A stretch of DNA of 64,000 nt from Deltaproteobacteria bacterium. GTDB taxonomy: Bacteria > CG03 > SLGR01 > JBDRKX01. Positions 51,567 through 60,769 of this stretch are shown here, in pieces. Under the pieces are notes generated by a model. The model was given only the letters and a program-made list of their open reading frames with translations, was not told where the DNA came from and ran no database searches. The stretch covers positions 3,858 through 67,857 of the forward strand of contig JAIVZN010000001.1 of assembly GCA_048634875.1 (NCBI GenBank), written 5' to 3'. The position numbers and the translations under genes are program-made. Positions within the stretch are counted from its first letter, which is position 1. Each line of letters opens with the position of its first letter.

Positions 51567-51700
51567 ATAAATCCTTTATTGAGACCTAAATGATGTATTT
51601 TTTGCGACTTGTGACTTTTTAGTCTCCGGAGCAACAAAATGTATTTTTAGGGCTCGATTATTTTCACCCACTTTTGTGCCGGCGAGCCGGCTTGTCCGTT
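51567..51700. repeat. Repeat family A copy 3 (compact, both halves)
   Basis: taaatcctttattgagacctaaatgatgtattttttgcgacttgtgactttttagtctccggagcaacaaaatgtatttttagggctcgattattttcaccc...; its terminal AAAGGA supplies the SD for add. Confidence 0.85.
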
Positions 51701-51731
51701 CCATGTCTTTTTTGACATTACCAAAGATATT

Positions 51732-52373
51732 TTATCTACGGGATTGATAAATTACGGAAACGACTTTTTCAACTCCTTCATATAATTTTCTGAAATCATT
51801 TCCTTCTTCTGTATCAGGATTAATAAATATTACAAGCATCGGAAGTTTTTTCTTTAACATATCTTTATCATCGAATCCGTATGTCTCTTCCATTTCTTTC
51901 CTTGAAACTAAATGGTCATCAGAACCTGCTTCTATTGCCTTCTGATGACGACGGACATTCCTCTTCCAGCATATATCAAAAGGCACATCAAGATAAACCA
52001 CAATTGCCTGCCGGAGAATCTTTTTTGAAAAATTATTAAGGATGGAATGAACATAATTCGGCCTTGAAAATTCAATAAAAAGAATAGTGTCGGAAATTTC
52101 GGACTCCATTAATTTCAGCACATCTCTATTAACTTCTTTTAAGATGTCATCCCACACCGTATTATCAGTAACTTTGTATCCGCTGTCTTCAGTCAGGCGG
52201 CATTTTCTCCACTGGCCGGTTCTTTCATCTTCCTGAAATATCGCCCACAATTTCGGGAAGTCATCAATCCGGGTAAAATTCTTAAAGAGATTTCCCTCTT
52301 TAAGCTTCTCCACTATACAACGATAAAACTCTGATTTGCCCGAGCCGGGAGTTCCAAGTAAAAAAACAATCAT
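51732..52373 (-). CDS. P-loop NTPase, kinase-like (AAA_33/zeta-toxin/nucleoside-kinase-like), function unknown
   Basis: 213 aa; Walker A LLGTPGSGKS; small kinase-sized protein. Confidence 0.55.
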   Translation of the reverse strand: MIVFLLGTPGSGKSEFYRCIVEKLKEGNLFKNFTRIDDFPKLWAIFQEDERTGQWRKCRLTEDSGYKVTDNTVWDDILKEVNRDVLKLMESEISDTILFIEFSRPNYVHSILNNFSKKILRQAIVVYLDVPFDICWKRNVRRHQKAIEAGSDDHLVSRKEMEETYGFDDKDMLKKKLPMLVIFINPDTEEGNDFRKLYEGVEKVVSVIYQSRR

Positions 52374-53347
52374 CAGTTAAAAATCCTGTTTAAATACTCA
52401 GTCTCTTTTTGCAAAATTTCCTTTGCATTCAACAATTCATTTATTTCTCTTACTGCTGTTTCAACAACAACAATTTCAAGTTTTTTTTCATAGAACTTTT
52501 TTGCGAGACTAATTAAGTTTTCTTTTTTGAGAAACCCTTTTTCATAATAAAGCGGAGGGTGGAATTTTTTTATAACAGGAATATAATCATTAAGATGCAC
52601 TTCATATAAAAGACTTTCAGGTATTTCATCAAAGACCGATTCAGGTGGTTCTGGAATCTTTTTATCTTTATCAACATCAACCCTTGTAAACCAGTGGCCT
52701 ATATCAAAACAATATTTAATATTCATTCCCTTTTTATTAACAGTATTTATAATATCCAGTAGTTCGTTGTTTTCAACTCCGAAACTGTCAAATGCAGTGT
52801 TATTTTCTAAATGAAATACAATATTCCTTTTTTCAGCATAAGGGTATAACTCCTGTAAAGTTTTTACGAGAGATTCTTTTAACATCACAAGATATTCTCC
52901 AACTGCCTGATAGAAAGGTACGGCGCCTGGATGCATCACCAACGATATACAGCCTAACTTAGAGGCAAAATCTATGTATCTTTTCTGTAGTTCAACTGCA
53001 ATTTTCCTGTCAGATTCCTGAAATGCACATGTTGAAGCAGCTGCATATGTATAAGGTAAATGAAGTGAAATTGTCATATCAGTATTTATTGCATATTTTC
53101 CTGCTTTCTTTATCTCATCATCGCTAATTTCAAGAAACGGATTCGGCACACCTCCATCTAATTCTATATGAGTCAACCCTATTTCCCTGCCTACCTTAAG
53201 CTGATTTATTATATCCCTTTTTGCCCGTATCTGGACGCGGGCGTCCATATTATACACAGGAAGTTTCCCGTCTTTGAAAAGTATTCTTTCCTCATCATTT
53301 AAGAACGAGGCTTCAAGCATATTTGTAAAATTTCTTCCAATTCTCAT
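52373..53347 (-). CDS. Xylose-isomerase-like TIM-barrel protein (sugar phosphate isomerase/epimerase family)
   Basis: Metal-ligand pattern HLPY...MHPG...HLENN...DIGHW...HLND typical of AP_endonuc_2 fold; ATGA overlap with PfkB gene if start at 53347. Confidence 0.6.
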   Translation of the reverse strand: MRIGRNFTNMLEASFLNDEERILFKDGKLPVYNMDARVQIRAKRDIINQLKVGREIGLTHIELDGGVPNPFLEISDDEIKKAGKYAINTDMTISLHLPYTYAAASTCAFQESDRKIAVELQKRYIDFASKLGCISLVMHPGAVPFYQAVGEYLVMLKESLVKTLQELYPYAEKRNIVFHLENNTAFDSFGVENNELLDIINTVNKKGMNIKYCFDIGHWFTRVDVDKDKKIPEPPESVFDEIPESLLYEVHLNDYIPVIKKFHPPLYYEKGFLKKENLISLAKKFYEKKLEIVVVETAVREINELLNAKEILQKETEYLNRIFN

Positions 53348-54291
53348 CTTGTGATTTTTATATTCTCCATATAAGAAATATTGCGCAAACAGCATAACCG
53401 CTTACTTACTTCCTTTAAATCCACATTCTTTAACACATCTACACTGAACCCTTCTACTGTAAAAGATGCCACCACGCTACCAACGGCAACTGCGGACCGT
53501 ATAGTATCAGGATTTACATTATCCGCCGAAGCAAGGTATCCCATAAAACCACCGGCAAAACTATCCCCTGCGCCTGTAGGATCAACTACATTTTCCAGAG
53601 GAATAGAAGGCGCTGAAAAAACCTGAATTTCATTTTCTTTGCCTTTATAAAACATCGTTACCCCATATTCGCCCTGTTTAACTATTATAACTTCTGGGCC
53701 CCATGTAAGAATCTTACGGCAGGCTCTCACTAAATTTACTTCCTCCGCTAATTGCCTTGCCTCAGCATCGTTTACTAAAAGAAAATCGGTGATTTCTAAA
53801 ACTTTAAGTAAATCGTCTCTTTTACTCTCAATCCAGTAATTCATTGTATCCGTAGCAATTATACCAGGATTTTTCATCTCTTTAGCAACTTTTAGCTGAA
53901 TTACAGGATCAATATTTGCCAGAAAAAGATAATTTATCTCCTGCTGATAAGGGAAAAGCCGGGGGTTAAAGTCAGCAAAAACATTAAGTTCTGTTTTTAA
54001 AGTATGAGCAACATTAAAATCAAAATCATACCTTCCCTGCCATAGAAAAGTCTTCCCTTTTTCTTTTTTTATGCCCTGTGTGTCTATGCCTCTTTCATTT
54101 AATGAACTTATATGTTCGGGAGGAAAATCTTCTCCTACCACACCTACCATACTAGCCTTAGAGAACAAACTGCAGGCATAGGAAAAATATACTGCTGACC
54201 CGCCTAAAGAATCTTTTCTGCTTTCAAAAGGCGTTTCAATATCATCCAGGGCGACAGAGCCAACTACTAAAACTTTATTTTCTTTACTCAC
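53344..54291 (-). CDS. PfkB/ribokinase-family sugar or nucleoside kinase
   Basis: 315 aa; DPTGAGDSFAGGF ribokinase signature 2, N-terminal GG dipeptide region. Confidence 0.8.
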   Translation of the reverse strand: MSKENKVLVVGSVALDDIETPFESRKDSLGGSAVYFSYACSLFSKASMVGVVGEDFPPEHISSLNERGIDTQGIKKEKGKTFLWQGRYDFDFNVAHTLKTELNVFADFNPRLFPYQQEINYLFLANIDPVIQLKVAKEMKNPGIIATDTMNYWIESKRDDLLKVLEITDFLLVNDAEARQLAEEVNLVRACRKILTWGPEVIIVKQGEYGVTMFYKGKENEIQVFSAPSIPLENVVDPTGAGDSFAGGFMGYLASADNVNPDTIRSAVAVGSVVASFTVEGFSVDVLKNVDLKEVSKRLCCLRNISYMENIKITR

Positions 54292-54299
54292 TGATTTTT

Positions 54300-54380
54300 G
54301 CCTGTAAGGCGTTAAAAAAAAGTCGTTTTAATAGACTTTTTTAGCCGAGCACACTTGTTATAGCAAGCTCGGCCACTACA
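54300..54380 (-). terminator. Tandem hairpins after MTA phosphorylase gene; second is a rho-independent terminator
   Basis: Minus sense: GGCCGAGCttgctataacaagtgtGCTCGGC, then AAAAAGTCtattaaaacGACTTTTTTTT. Confidence 0.6.
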
Positions 54381-54382
54381 TT

Positions 54383-55255
54383 TTACTTTAGATACTTTCC
54401 AACTAAAATACCCAGATCTTTTTTCATATTTTCATCTATCTTTTCAGGCGCAGTCATAATTGCATTCTTCAGAGCTTCATTACAACTACATCTGCTCAGT
54501 TCTTCTTTAGTTAACTCGGGGATGAGCCTACGCAGGATTTCTTTTGCATGTCCTGCATTTTCCAACAACTGTTTAACCACCATTTCTACAGTAACAGCAC
54601 CATGTTCTGGATGCCAGCAATCATAATCAGTAACCAGCGCCAGTGTGGCATAACAAATTTCCGCTTCCCTGGCAAGCTTGGCTTCAGGCATTGCAGTCAT
54701 ACCTATAATATCAACGCCCCAGTTTCTATAAATCAGCGATTCTCCGAGAGTAGAAAACTGCGGGCCCTCCATGCAGATATAAGTTCCGCCGCCATGAACT
54801 TTCAACCCGTCTATCCGGCAAGCTTTATAAAGTTCATCGGAGAGAACAGGACATACAGGATTAGAAAACCCTATATGCGCAACCATTCCATTGCCAAAAA
54901 AAGTAGATGCCCTGTTTTTTGTGAAATCAAAAAACTGATTTACAACTACCACATCACCAGGAGCAATATTTTCTTTCATACTGCCTACTGCACTTAGAGA
55001 TATTATCTTACTGCATCCTAATTTCTTTAAAGCAAAGATGTTTGCCCTGTAATTAACCCCTGAAGGCGTATAACAATGCCCCCTGCCGTGACGGGCAAGA
55101 AATGCAACCTCCACTCCTTCTAACTCGCCTACTATAATACTATCCGAAGGACTACCAAAAGGCGTATCAACTACAACTTCCCTGATATTTTTAATGCCGT
55201 CTAATTGATAAAGGCCGCTACCGCCAATTACAGCTAATTTAACTTCTTCTTTCAT
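54383..55255 (-). CDS. mtnP: S-methyl-5'-thioadenosine phosphorylase (PNP family 2); start likely MKEEVKLAVIGGSG
   Basis: AVIGGSGLY..., PNP/MTAP fold with C-terminal conserved block; ORF-track start 55309. Confidence 0.8.
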   Translation of the reverse strand: MKEEVKLAVIGGSGLYQLDGIKNIREVVVDTPFGSPSDSIIVGELEGVEVAFLARHGRGHCYTPSGVNYRANIFALKKLGCSKIISLSAVGSMKENIAPGDVVVVNQFFDFTKNRASTFFGNGMVAHIGFSNPVCPVLSDELYKACRIDGLKVHGGGTYICMEGPQFSTLGESLIYRNWGVDIIGMTAMPEAKLAREAEICYATLALVTDYDCWHPEHGAVTVEMVVKQLLENAGHAKEILRRLIPELTKEELSRCSCNEALKNAIMTAPEKIDENMKKDLGILVGKYLK

Positions 55256-55523
55256 TTTTACTCTCTGTAAAATAGTCCAGTGTATTTTTGAGGTTTTCAA
55301 CAAATTCACCTAAAAAGTCTTCAGATACTGTCATAAAATTTCTGATGTAACTGTTTTCCTCACCCATGCGGGGACGGCTCTCGGTTATTTTTACAAACCT
55401 GCCATTTTCGTTTTGCTTTACATCAAAGAAAAAAGTTTTACCCTTGTCTGTCTTAAACCTGTAAGACACTAATACATTATCCCTGTTTTCTTCCATCTTT
55501 CCCTCCTGTCTCTTCAGCTTCAT
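55239..55523 (-). CDS. Pur-alpha-like nucleic-acid-binding protein (DUF3276-like)
   Basis: 94 aa; YRFKTDKGKTFFFDVKQNENGRFVKITE resembles bacterial PUR repeat proteins. Confidence 0.45.
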   Translation of the reverse strand: MKLKRQEGKMEENRDNVLVSYRFKTDKGKTFFFDVKQNENGRFVKITESRPRMGEENSYIRNFMTVSEDFLGEFVENLKNTLDYFTESKNERRS

Positions 55524-55605
55524 TGTAAAATGAAAATTGTAAATATTAAATTTTAAATTTTCTTATTTTGTCTATTCTTTAAATTTACAATCTTTAATTT
55601 TCAAT

Positions 55606-56913
55606 TCAACATTCTTTGAATGTTGCTGCTTTTTCCATATCCATAATAAGTTTTGAAAACACTTCTAATGACTCGGCAAGTGTCACTCCACTTTTCCTTG
55701 TCTTGCATTCAGCCGCCCTGTAATGTCCACCGCCTGTAATCTGTTCTTTGTTATTATACTTTTCTACTAAACGCTTTGCTAAATTAGAGCATATCTTACC
55801 TGCATGTATGTAATCATCCGTACCCCTGATAGAAAAATGTATTCCTCCGTCTAATTCTCTGTTTACCATTATAAATAATACTTCTCTATCTATGGATTCT
55901 TCTTTTAATTTGTTTAAATATACCGAACCTGCCATAGGCATAAGTAAAACTCTGTATCCTAAAAACAAATACACATCGGTAGTTCCCAGTGTTGTAAGAA
56001 GTGTGATGCTGGAAAAACTTTCAATAGTTTTTTCCCAGTCCTTCCTGAAATATTCATAAATCAGGTTTACCCTGTACCTGTCAATTGTGTTATCTATAAA
56101 ATCATGGAGATTCTTCCAATCAAATCTTTCGCAGTATTTCTCCATAACCAGAAAACTAAATTCACTCTGATTGATATCTTTTAATTCATCATGCCTGTCA
56201 TTGTAAAAATACTGAAATCCGCCACCGCCCAGCGCAAAATACAACTCTGTTATTTGATTTAAAAGTGTTGTCTTTTCTCTCTGATTTACCTCAAACATAG
56301 TCGGGTATGAATCTATTTTTTTTATCAAGTTTTTAAATTGTTCCTCAACCTTTTCTTTGTAAAAAGCACTAACATATTCAGATACTATATCGGTTGCAGG
56401 TTCAACTGCCCAATCTCCCTTCAATCCTACAAGCGCGAGGAAATCATCATACTTTTCTCCTTTTCCAAGATAGGTCATCAGCATATGCGCAAGGTATGAA
56501 GCCGAACACATTTTATAAGATATCGTATTGGGATTTATCAACAAACATTTTTTAATCTCCCCAATTGGCGGATGGTGATCTATTACAAGGAATTTTTCTA
56601 CTTTATCCACATATTTATCATAATATTCCATTGTTCCTTTATCAGAAACAATAACCATATAATAATTATCTTTCTTTAATTCATCATTTAACTGGCTCTC
56701 TGCAAGCTCGTAAGTTGCAGGCAATTTTACCTGAGCCCTGCCTCCCATCATCCGAACCAGCCTCTTTAGTATACAGCCGCTTGACAATCCATCAGGGTCA
56801 TCGTGCGTAAAAATTAAAACTTTTCTGCCTTTAATTTCTTTAAAAGTCTCTGCTGCTGAAATCCAGTTATTCTCTTTAAACTCTTTTATTACAAAATCTT
56901 TATACGACATCAC
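55606..56913 (-). CDS. DHH/DHHA1 phosphoesterase (NrnA-like nanoRNase/pAp phosphatase family)
   Basis: 435 aa; DHH motif (VIDHHP) and C-terminal GGGH DHHA1 motif. Confidence 0.75.
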   Translation of the reverse strand: MMSYKDFVIKEFKENNWISAAETFKEIKGRKVLIFTHDDPDGLSSGCILKRLVRMMGGRAQVKLPATYELAESQLNDELKKDNYYMVIVSDKGTMEYYDKYVDKVEKFLVIDHHPPIGEIKKCLLINPNTISYKMCSASYLAHMLMTYLGKGEKYDDFLALVGLKGDWAVEPATDIVSEYVSAFYKEKVEEQFKNLIKKIDSYPTMFEVNQREKTTLLNQITELYFALGGGGFQYFYNDRHDELKDINQSEFSFLVMEKYCERFDWKNLHDFIDNTIDRYRVNLIYEYFRKDWEKTIESFSSITLLTTLGTTDVYLFLGYRVLLMPMAGSVYLNKLKEESIDREVLFIMVNRELDGGIHFSIRGTDDYIHAGKICSNLAKRLVEKYNNKEQITGGGHYRAAECKTRKSGVTLAESLEVFSKLIMDMEKAATFKEC

Positions 56914-56946
56914 TCTTTACTCTTTACGCTTCACGCTTTTACGCAT

Positions 56947-58257
56947 TTAATTAATTACTTCATAGATCAAAGATGGCGGTTCTACTTTTTTCTCACTAAA
57001 CTCCAGTGAACTCAGATAATCCATGGCAACCCGGCTCATATCAGCAACTTTTGATGAATATAAGCAGGCAACCGCCTCTCCAACTGAAACCATGTCTCCT
57101 ATCTTTTTATAGACTTCTATCCCTGATGTATTGTCTATTTTTTCTCCTACCCGCTCTCTTCCCGCACCGATAGTTAGAGCGCACATGCCAATACTTCTTG
57201 TATCTATTGATTTAATAAATCCCGCTACAGTGCTTGTTACTTCAAATTTATATTTAGCCGGCTTTAATAAGTTATCCGGTTCATCCGGGACCTCTGCAGT
57301 TCCCCCCTGTTCAGCTATCATCTGACGGAATTTTTTCAGGGCTTTTCCGTTACTTAAATTCTCCTTAGCCATCTTTTTAGCTTCGCGGGTATCGCGAGCT
57401 GCATCCCCCATTACAAGCATTCTTGAAGCCAGTTCAATTATTACTGTTTTTATATCCTCAAACCCTTCCTCTCCTTTCATTATCCGGATAGCCTGTTTGA
57501 TTTCCATGCCATTTCCTATTACACGCCCGAGCGGCTGGCTCATATCAGAGATTATAGCTGCCATCTTCCTTTTATAGGATTTCCCAATGCTTATCATGCT
57601 TTCTGCAAGTTTCCTGGCATCTTCAAATTCCCTCATAAATGCCCCTGAACCGGTCTTCACATCGAGAACCAGTCCATCTGCGCCTTCAGCAATTTTTTTA
57701 CTCATTATGCTTGCAGATATAAGGGGAATGCTGTCCACTGTTGCTGTAACATCTCTCAAAGAATACATTTTCTTATCAGCAGGGGCAATATTTTCAGTCT
57801 GTCCAATCATTGCAACACCAATCTTTTTTAACTGCTCCAAAAATTCATGGGGAGTTAAATCAACCCTGAAGCCCGGTATTGATTCTAATTTATCAAGGGT
57901 GCCGCCTGTATGGCCTAAACTTCTTCCGCTCATCATAGGTACCACCACACCAAATGAGGCAACAAGGGGCGCAAGAGTAATTGATACCCCATCCCCTACC
58001 CCGCCTGTTGAGTGTTTATCTATGGCTTTTCCTCCTGTCTCACCCAAATTTATTTGCTCCCCCGATTCCACCATAATACTTGTAAACTCATAAAGTTCCT
58101 CAGTATTCATTCCTTTAAAATAAACTGCCATTAAAAATGCTGACATCTGATAGGGAGGAACTTTCCCATTTAAAAAACCCTCCACCATAAACTGCAGCTC
58201 CCGATGCGACAGGGACAAACCCTCTCTCTTTTTTAATATTATATTATAAGTATTCAA
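56947..58257 (-). CDS. pdp: Pyrimidine-nucleoside (thymidine) phosphorylase
   Basis: 436 aa; DKHSTGGVGD phosphate-binding signature. Confidence 0.9.
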   Translation of the reverse strand: MNTYNIILKKREGLSLSHRELQFMVEGFLNGKVPPYQMSAFLMAVYFKGMNTEELYEFTSIMVESGEQINLGETGGKAIDKHSTGGVGDGVSITLAPLVASFGVVVPMMSGRSLGHTGGTLDKLESIPGFRVDLTPHEFLEQLKKIGVAMIGQTENIAPADKKMYSLRDVTATVDSIPLISASIMSKKIAEGADGLVLDVKTGSGAFMREFEDARKLAESMISIGKSYKRKMAAIISDMSQPLGRVIGNGMEIKQAIRIMKGEEGFEDIKTVIIELASRMLVMGDAARDTREAKKMAKENLSNGKALKKFRQMIAEQGGTAEVPDEPDNLLKPAKYKFEVTSTVAGFIKSIDTRSIGMCALTIGAGRERVGEKIDNTSGIEVYKKIGDMVSVGEAVACLYSSKVADMSRVAMDYLSSLEFSEKKVEPPSLIYEVIN

Positions 58258-59035
58258 GTAATTTTCTGATAAATATTTTAAATTTTTCCTGAGCCATTTG
58301 AGTAGTTTTGATAACTTCCTCGTGGGATAATGGACTGCCTGTAATACCTGCAGCCATATTTGTTGTCATGGATAATCCTAACACCTTAATTCCTAAACTA
58401 TTTGCAACAATAACTTCAGGCACTGTTGACATTCCTACAATATCTGCCCCTATCTTACGAGCCATTCTTATCTCAGCAGGTGTTTCATAAGAAGGGCCGC
58501 TCATAGCTAAGTATACACCCTCTTTTATTTCCATATTAAGCATACTGGCAGTCTGATGCGCAAGTTCTCTTAATTTACTGTTATAAGCATCAGTCATATC
58601 AATAAAATCAGCACTACCTATCAAAGGATTGGCGCCCATCATATTTATATGATCGGAAATAACAACAATATCTCCTGGCAAAAAATTTTCATTCACTGCT
58701 CCAGTAGCACTTGTAACAATTAATTTTTCTACTCCAAGTGCAGCCATAACTCTTACAGGAAAACAAACTTCCCTGATAGTATAACCTTCATAATAATGCA
58801 CCCTTCCTGAAAGAGCTACTATATCTACACCTGAAAATCGCCCTGCTACAACTTCCCCTTTGTGACCCTCTACAGTTAATGTAGGAAATTTTGGTATCTC
58901 TTCAAATTTAATTGTAACAGAATCCTTAAACTCATCTGTTAAATCTCCAAAACCGCTACCAAGTATTATTCCTGTTTTTGGTTGAACTTTTATCCCTGAT
59001 TTAATTTTTTCTAATGCTTCTAATACTTTATCCAT
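58244..59035 (-). CDS. punA: Purine nucleoside phosphorylase (PNP family 1, trimeric PunA type)
   Basis: 263 aa; GIILGSGFG...VALSGRVHYYEG...MSGPSYETPAE motifs. Confidence 0.88.
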   Translation of the reverse strand: MDKVLEALEKIKSGIKVQPKTGIILGSGFGDLTDEFKDSVTIKFEEIPKFPTLTVEGHKGEVVAGRFSGVDIVALSGRVHYYEGYTIREVCFPVRVMAALGVEKLIVTSATGAVNENFLPGDIVVISDHINMMGANPLIGSADFIDMTDAYNSKLRELAHQTASMLNMEIKEGVYLAMSGPSYETPAEIRMARKIGADIVGMSTVPEVIVANSLGIKVLGLSMTTNMAAGITGSPLSHEEVIKTTQMAQEKFKIFIRKLLEYL

Positions 59036-59076
59036 ATAAAATACTTACCTTTCGACATAATTCCTTTCATGTGTAA

Positions 59077-59292
59077 GTAAATCCTTTATTGAGACCTAAA
59101 TGATGTATTTTTTGCGACTTGGGACTTTTTAGTGAAACTATGCCGTTAAAAAACTAAAATTTGTTTGACTCAGCTCTTGCCTGCAAGGGCTGGGGAGTTT
59201 TTTAGTTTTAGGCATAGTTTCATATGCCAAAGGCAAAAAGTCTCCGGAGCAACAAAATACATTTTTAGGGCTCAATTATTTTCATCCTCTTT
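59077..59292. repeat. Repeat family A copy 4 (extended variant with nested hairpin insert); right end replaced by group II intron
   Basis: Shares both halves with copies 2 and 3; diverges from them at ...attattttcat|cctctttgag. Confidence 0.85.
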
Positions 59293-59524
59293 GAGTGAAT
59301 CTGTAGAATAGAGAATTGGCGTAGTAGTTTAGGTTAAGCCTATTTGTTTCTGCCCCTTTCGTCTGGCAGTGCCTCAATATCTTATCCATGCTCTATCTCC
59401 AACTCCCCCTCATCAAACCATGCAGGAAGTTCTCCTTCACACGGCTTTCCGATAACCACTCGTCTAAAAGCTTTCACTATTTAGCCACTTTCTATTGGTA
59501 GTTAAATAATATATCCCCAACACC

Positions 59525-59773
59525 TTATACAGAATAACGGTCTGGATATTTGTTAAATCCAAATCCTTTCTTCTGTTTGCGTTTTTGTATAAAACGTCTA
59601 ACTTTATTCTCTGTGTAATATCGGAGTTTACCAAACCATTTTGAGGAATTTCCTTCAATGAAGTAGTTAGCCCACCCTCTTATTACAGGATTAAGCCTTG
59701 AAACAATTACCTCTGCCTTTTCTGGTATTCGGTGATTGGTTATCTTTCTTATCCTGTTTCTGATTACACTCAT
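59525..59773 (-). pseudogene. Group II intron maturase (X/GIIM) domain in a different frame from the RT ORF; no En domain
   Basis: 82 aa; LNPVIRGWANYF hallmark; separated from RT ORF by a ~45-nt frame change. Confidence 0.75.
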
Positions 59774-59818
59774 AGCTTTAGCTGATGGAAAGGATATGAT
59801 ATACCTTATCTTCTTTCT

Positions 59819-60769
59819 TTAATCATATACCTTCTTAAAACTAAAGCCAAGAAAGGTGAATTTGTCTTTCTCCATATCCAGTATTTTTGTCTTCTCCTTA
59901 TTTAGCTTTAAGTTTAATCCCTTAATTACTTTAATTAAGGTCTCCCATATTTCCTGTGGATACCTACAAGATAGAATGACAAAATCATCTGCATACCTTA
60001 TGAGATGAGCAGCAAGTTTGGATTCATATCTTTTCTTCCAGATTTTATCTAACTCATTAAGATAGATATTCGCCAGAAGAGGCGATATTATCCCTCCTTG
60101 TGGAGTGCCAGATATGTTATTTCTTAAGATTGCCTTTTCACTTACTACTCCTGCTGTTAGCCATTGTTTTATTAGCCTGAGAATGTTCTTATCACATACC
60201 CTTTTAGCTATTAGTTCTAACAAACGGTTATGGGATATAGTGTCAAAGTATGAGCTTAAGTCAGCGTCAACTACATATCTATAGCCCCTATTCAATAGCC
60301 TTTTAATTATCTTCAAGGCTTGATGGGCTGAACGCTTCGGTCTAAATCCATATGAACAATCCTGAAATTCAGCTTCAAAAATAGGTTCTATTACTATCTT
60401 TACTGCCATCTGTGCCACTCTATCCTTGACAGTAGGAATTCCTAAAGGTCTTTTAGTTTTATCAGGTTTGGATATATAGACTCTTTTGACCTTGTCGGGT
60501 CCATAAACCTTCTTCTTTAGTTCTCTTTGGATTCCTTTAAGAAATTCTTCTACCCCCATTTGCACAATCTCTTCAATCGTTTTGTCATCTATCCCTGCAC
60601 ACCCTTTATTACTGCAAACCCTTCTCCAACTCTCCACAAAAACATCCCACCGATAGACCTTATCATACAGAGTATAAAAACGCTTTACCTCCTTTCGCTT
60701 TGCCTTTAGATATAGCCCCCTCTGAAATTCCCGAACCTTTTCTCGGGGAGTTAATAGCCTTTTTGGCAA
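59819..60769 (-). CDS. Group II intron reverse transcriptase (RT domain; ORF terminates before maturase domain)
   Basis: 316 aa; ...PQGGIISPLLANIYL..., IRYADDFVIL, GFSFKK. Confidence 0.9.
   Translation of the reverse strand: MPKRLLTPREKVREFQRGLYLKAKRKEVKRFYTLYDKVYRWDVFVESWRRVCSNKGCAGIDDKTIEEIVQMGVEEFLKGIQRELKKKVYGPDKVKRVYISKPDKTKRPLGIPTVKDRVAQMAVKIVIEPIFEAEFQDCSYGFRPKRSAHQALKIIKRLLNRGYRYVVDADLSSYFDTISHNRLLELIAKRVCDKNILRLIKQWLTAGVVSEKAILRNNISGTPQGGIISPLLANIYLNELDKIWKKRYESKLAAHLIRYADDFVILSCRYPQEIWETLIKVIKGLNLKLNKEKTKILDMEKDKFTFLGFSFKKVYD

Noticed and set aside
59525-60769. Retron or diversity-generating retroelement interpretation of the reverse transcriptase next to the tail-fibre-like gene
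   Set aside because: RT is followed by a group II maturase X domain (RGWANYF), and a domain V-like AGC-containing hairpin lies just downstream. No msr/msd-like or TR/VR repeats were seen
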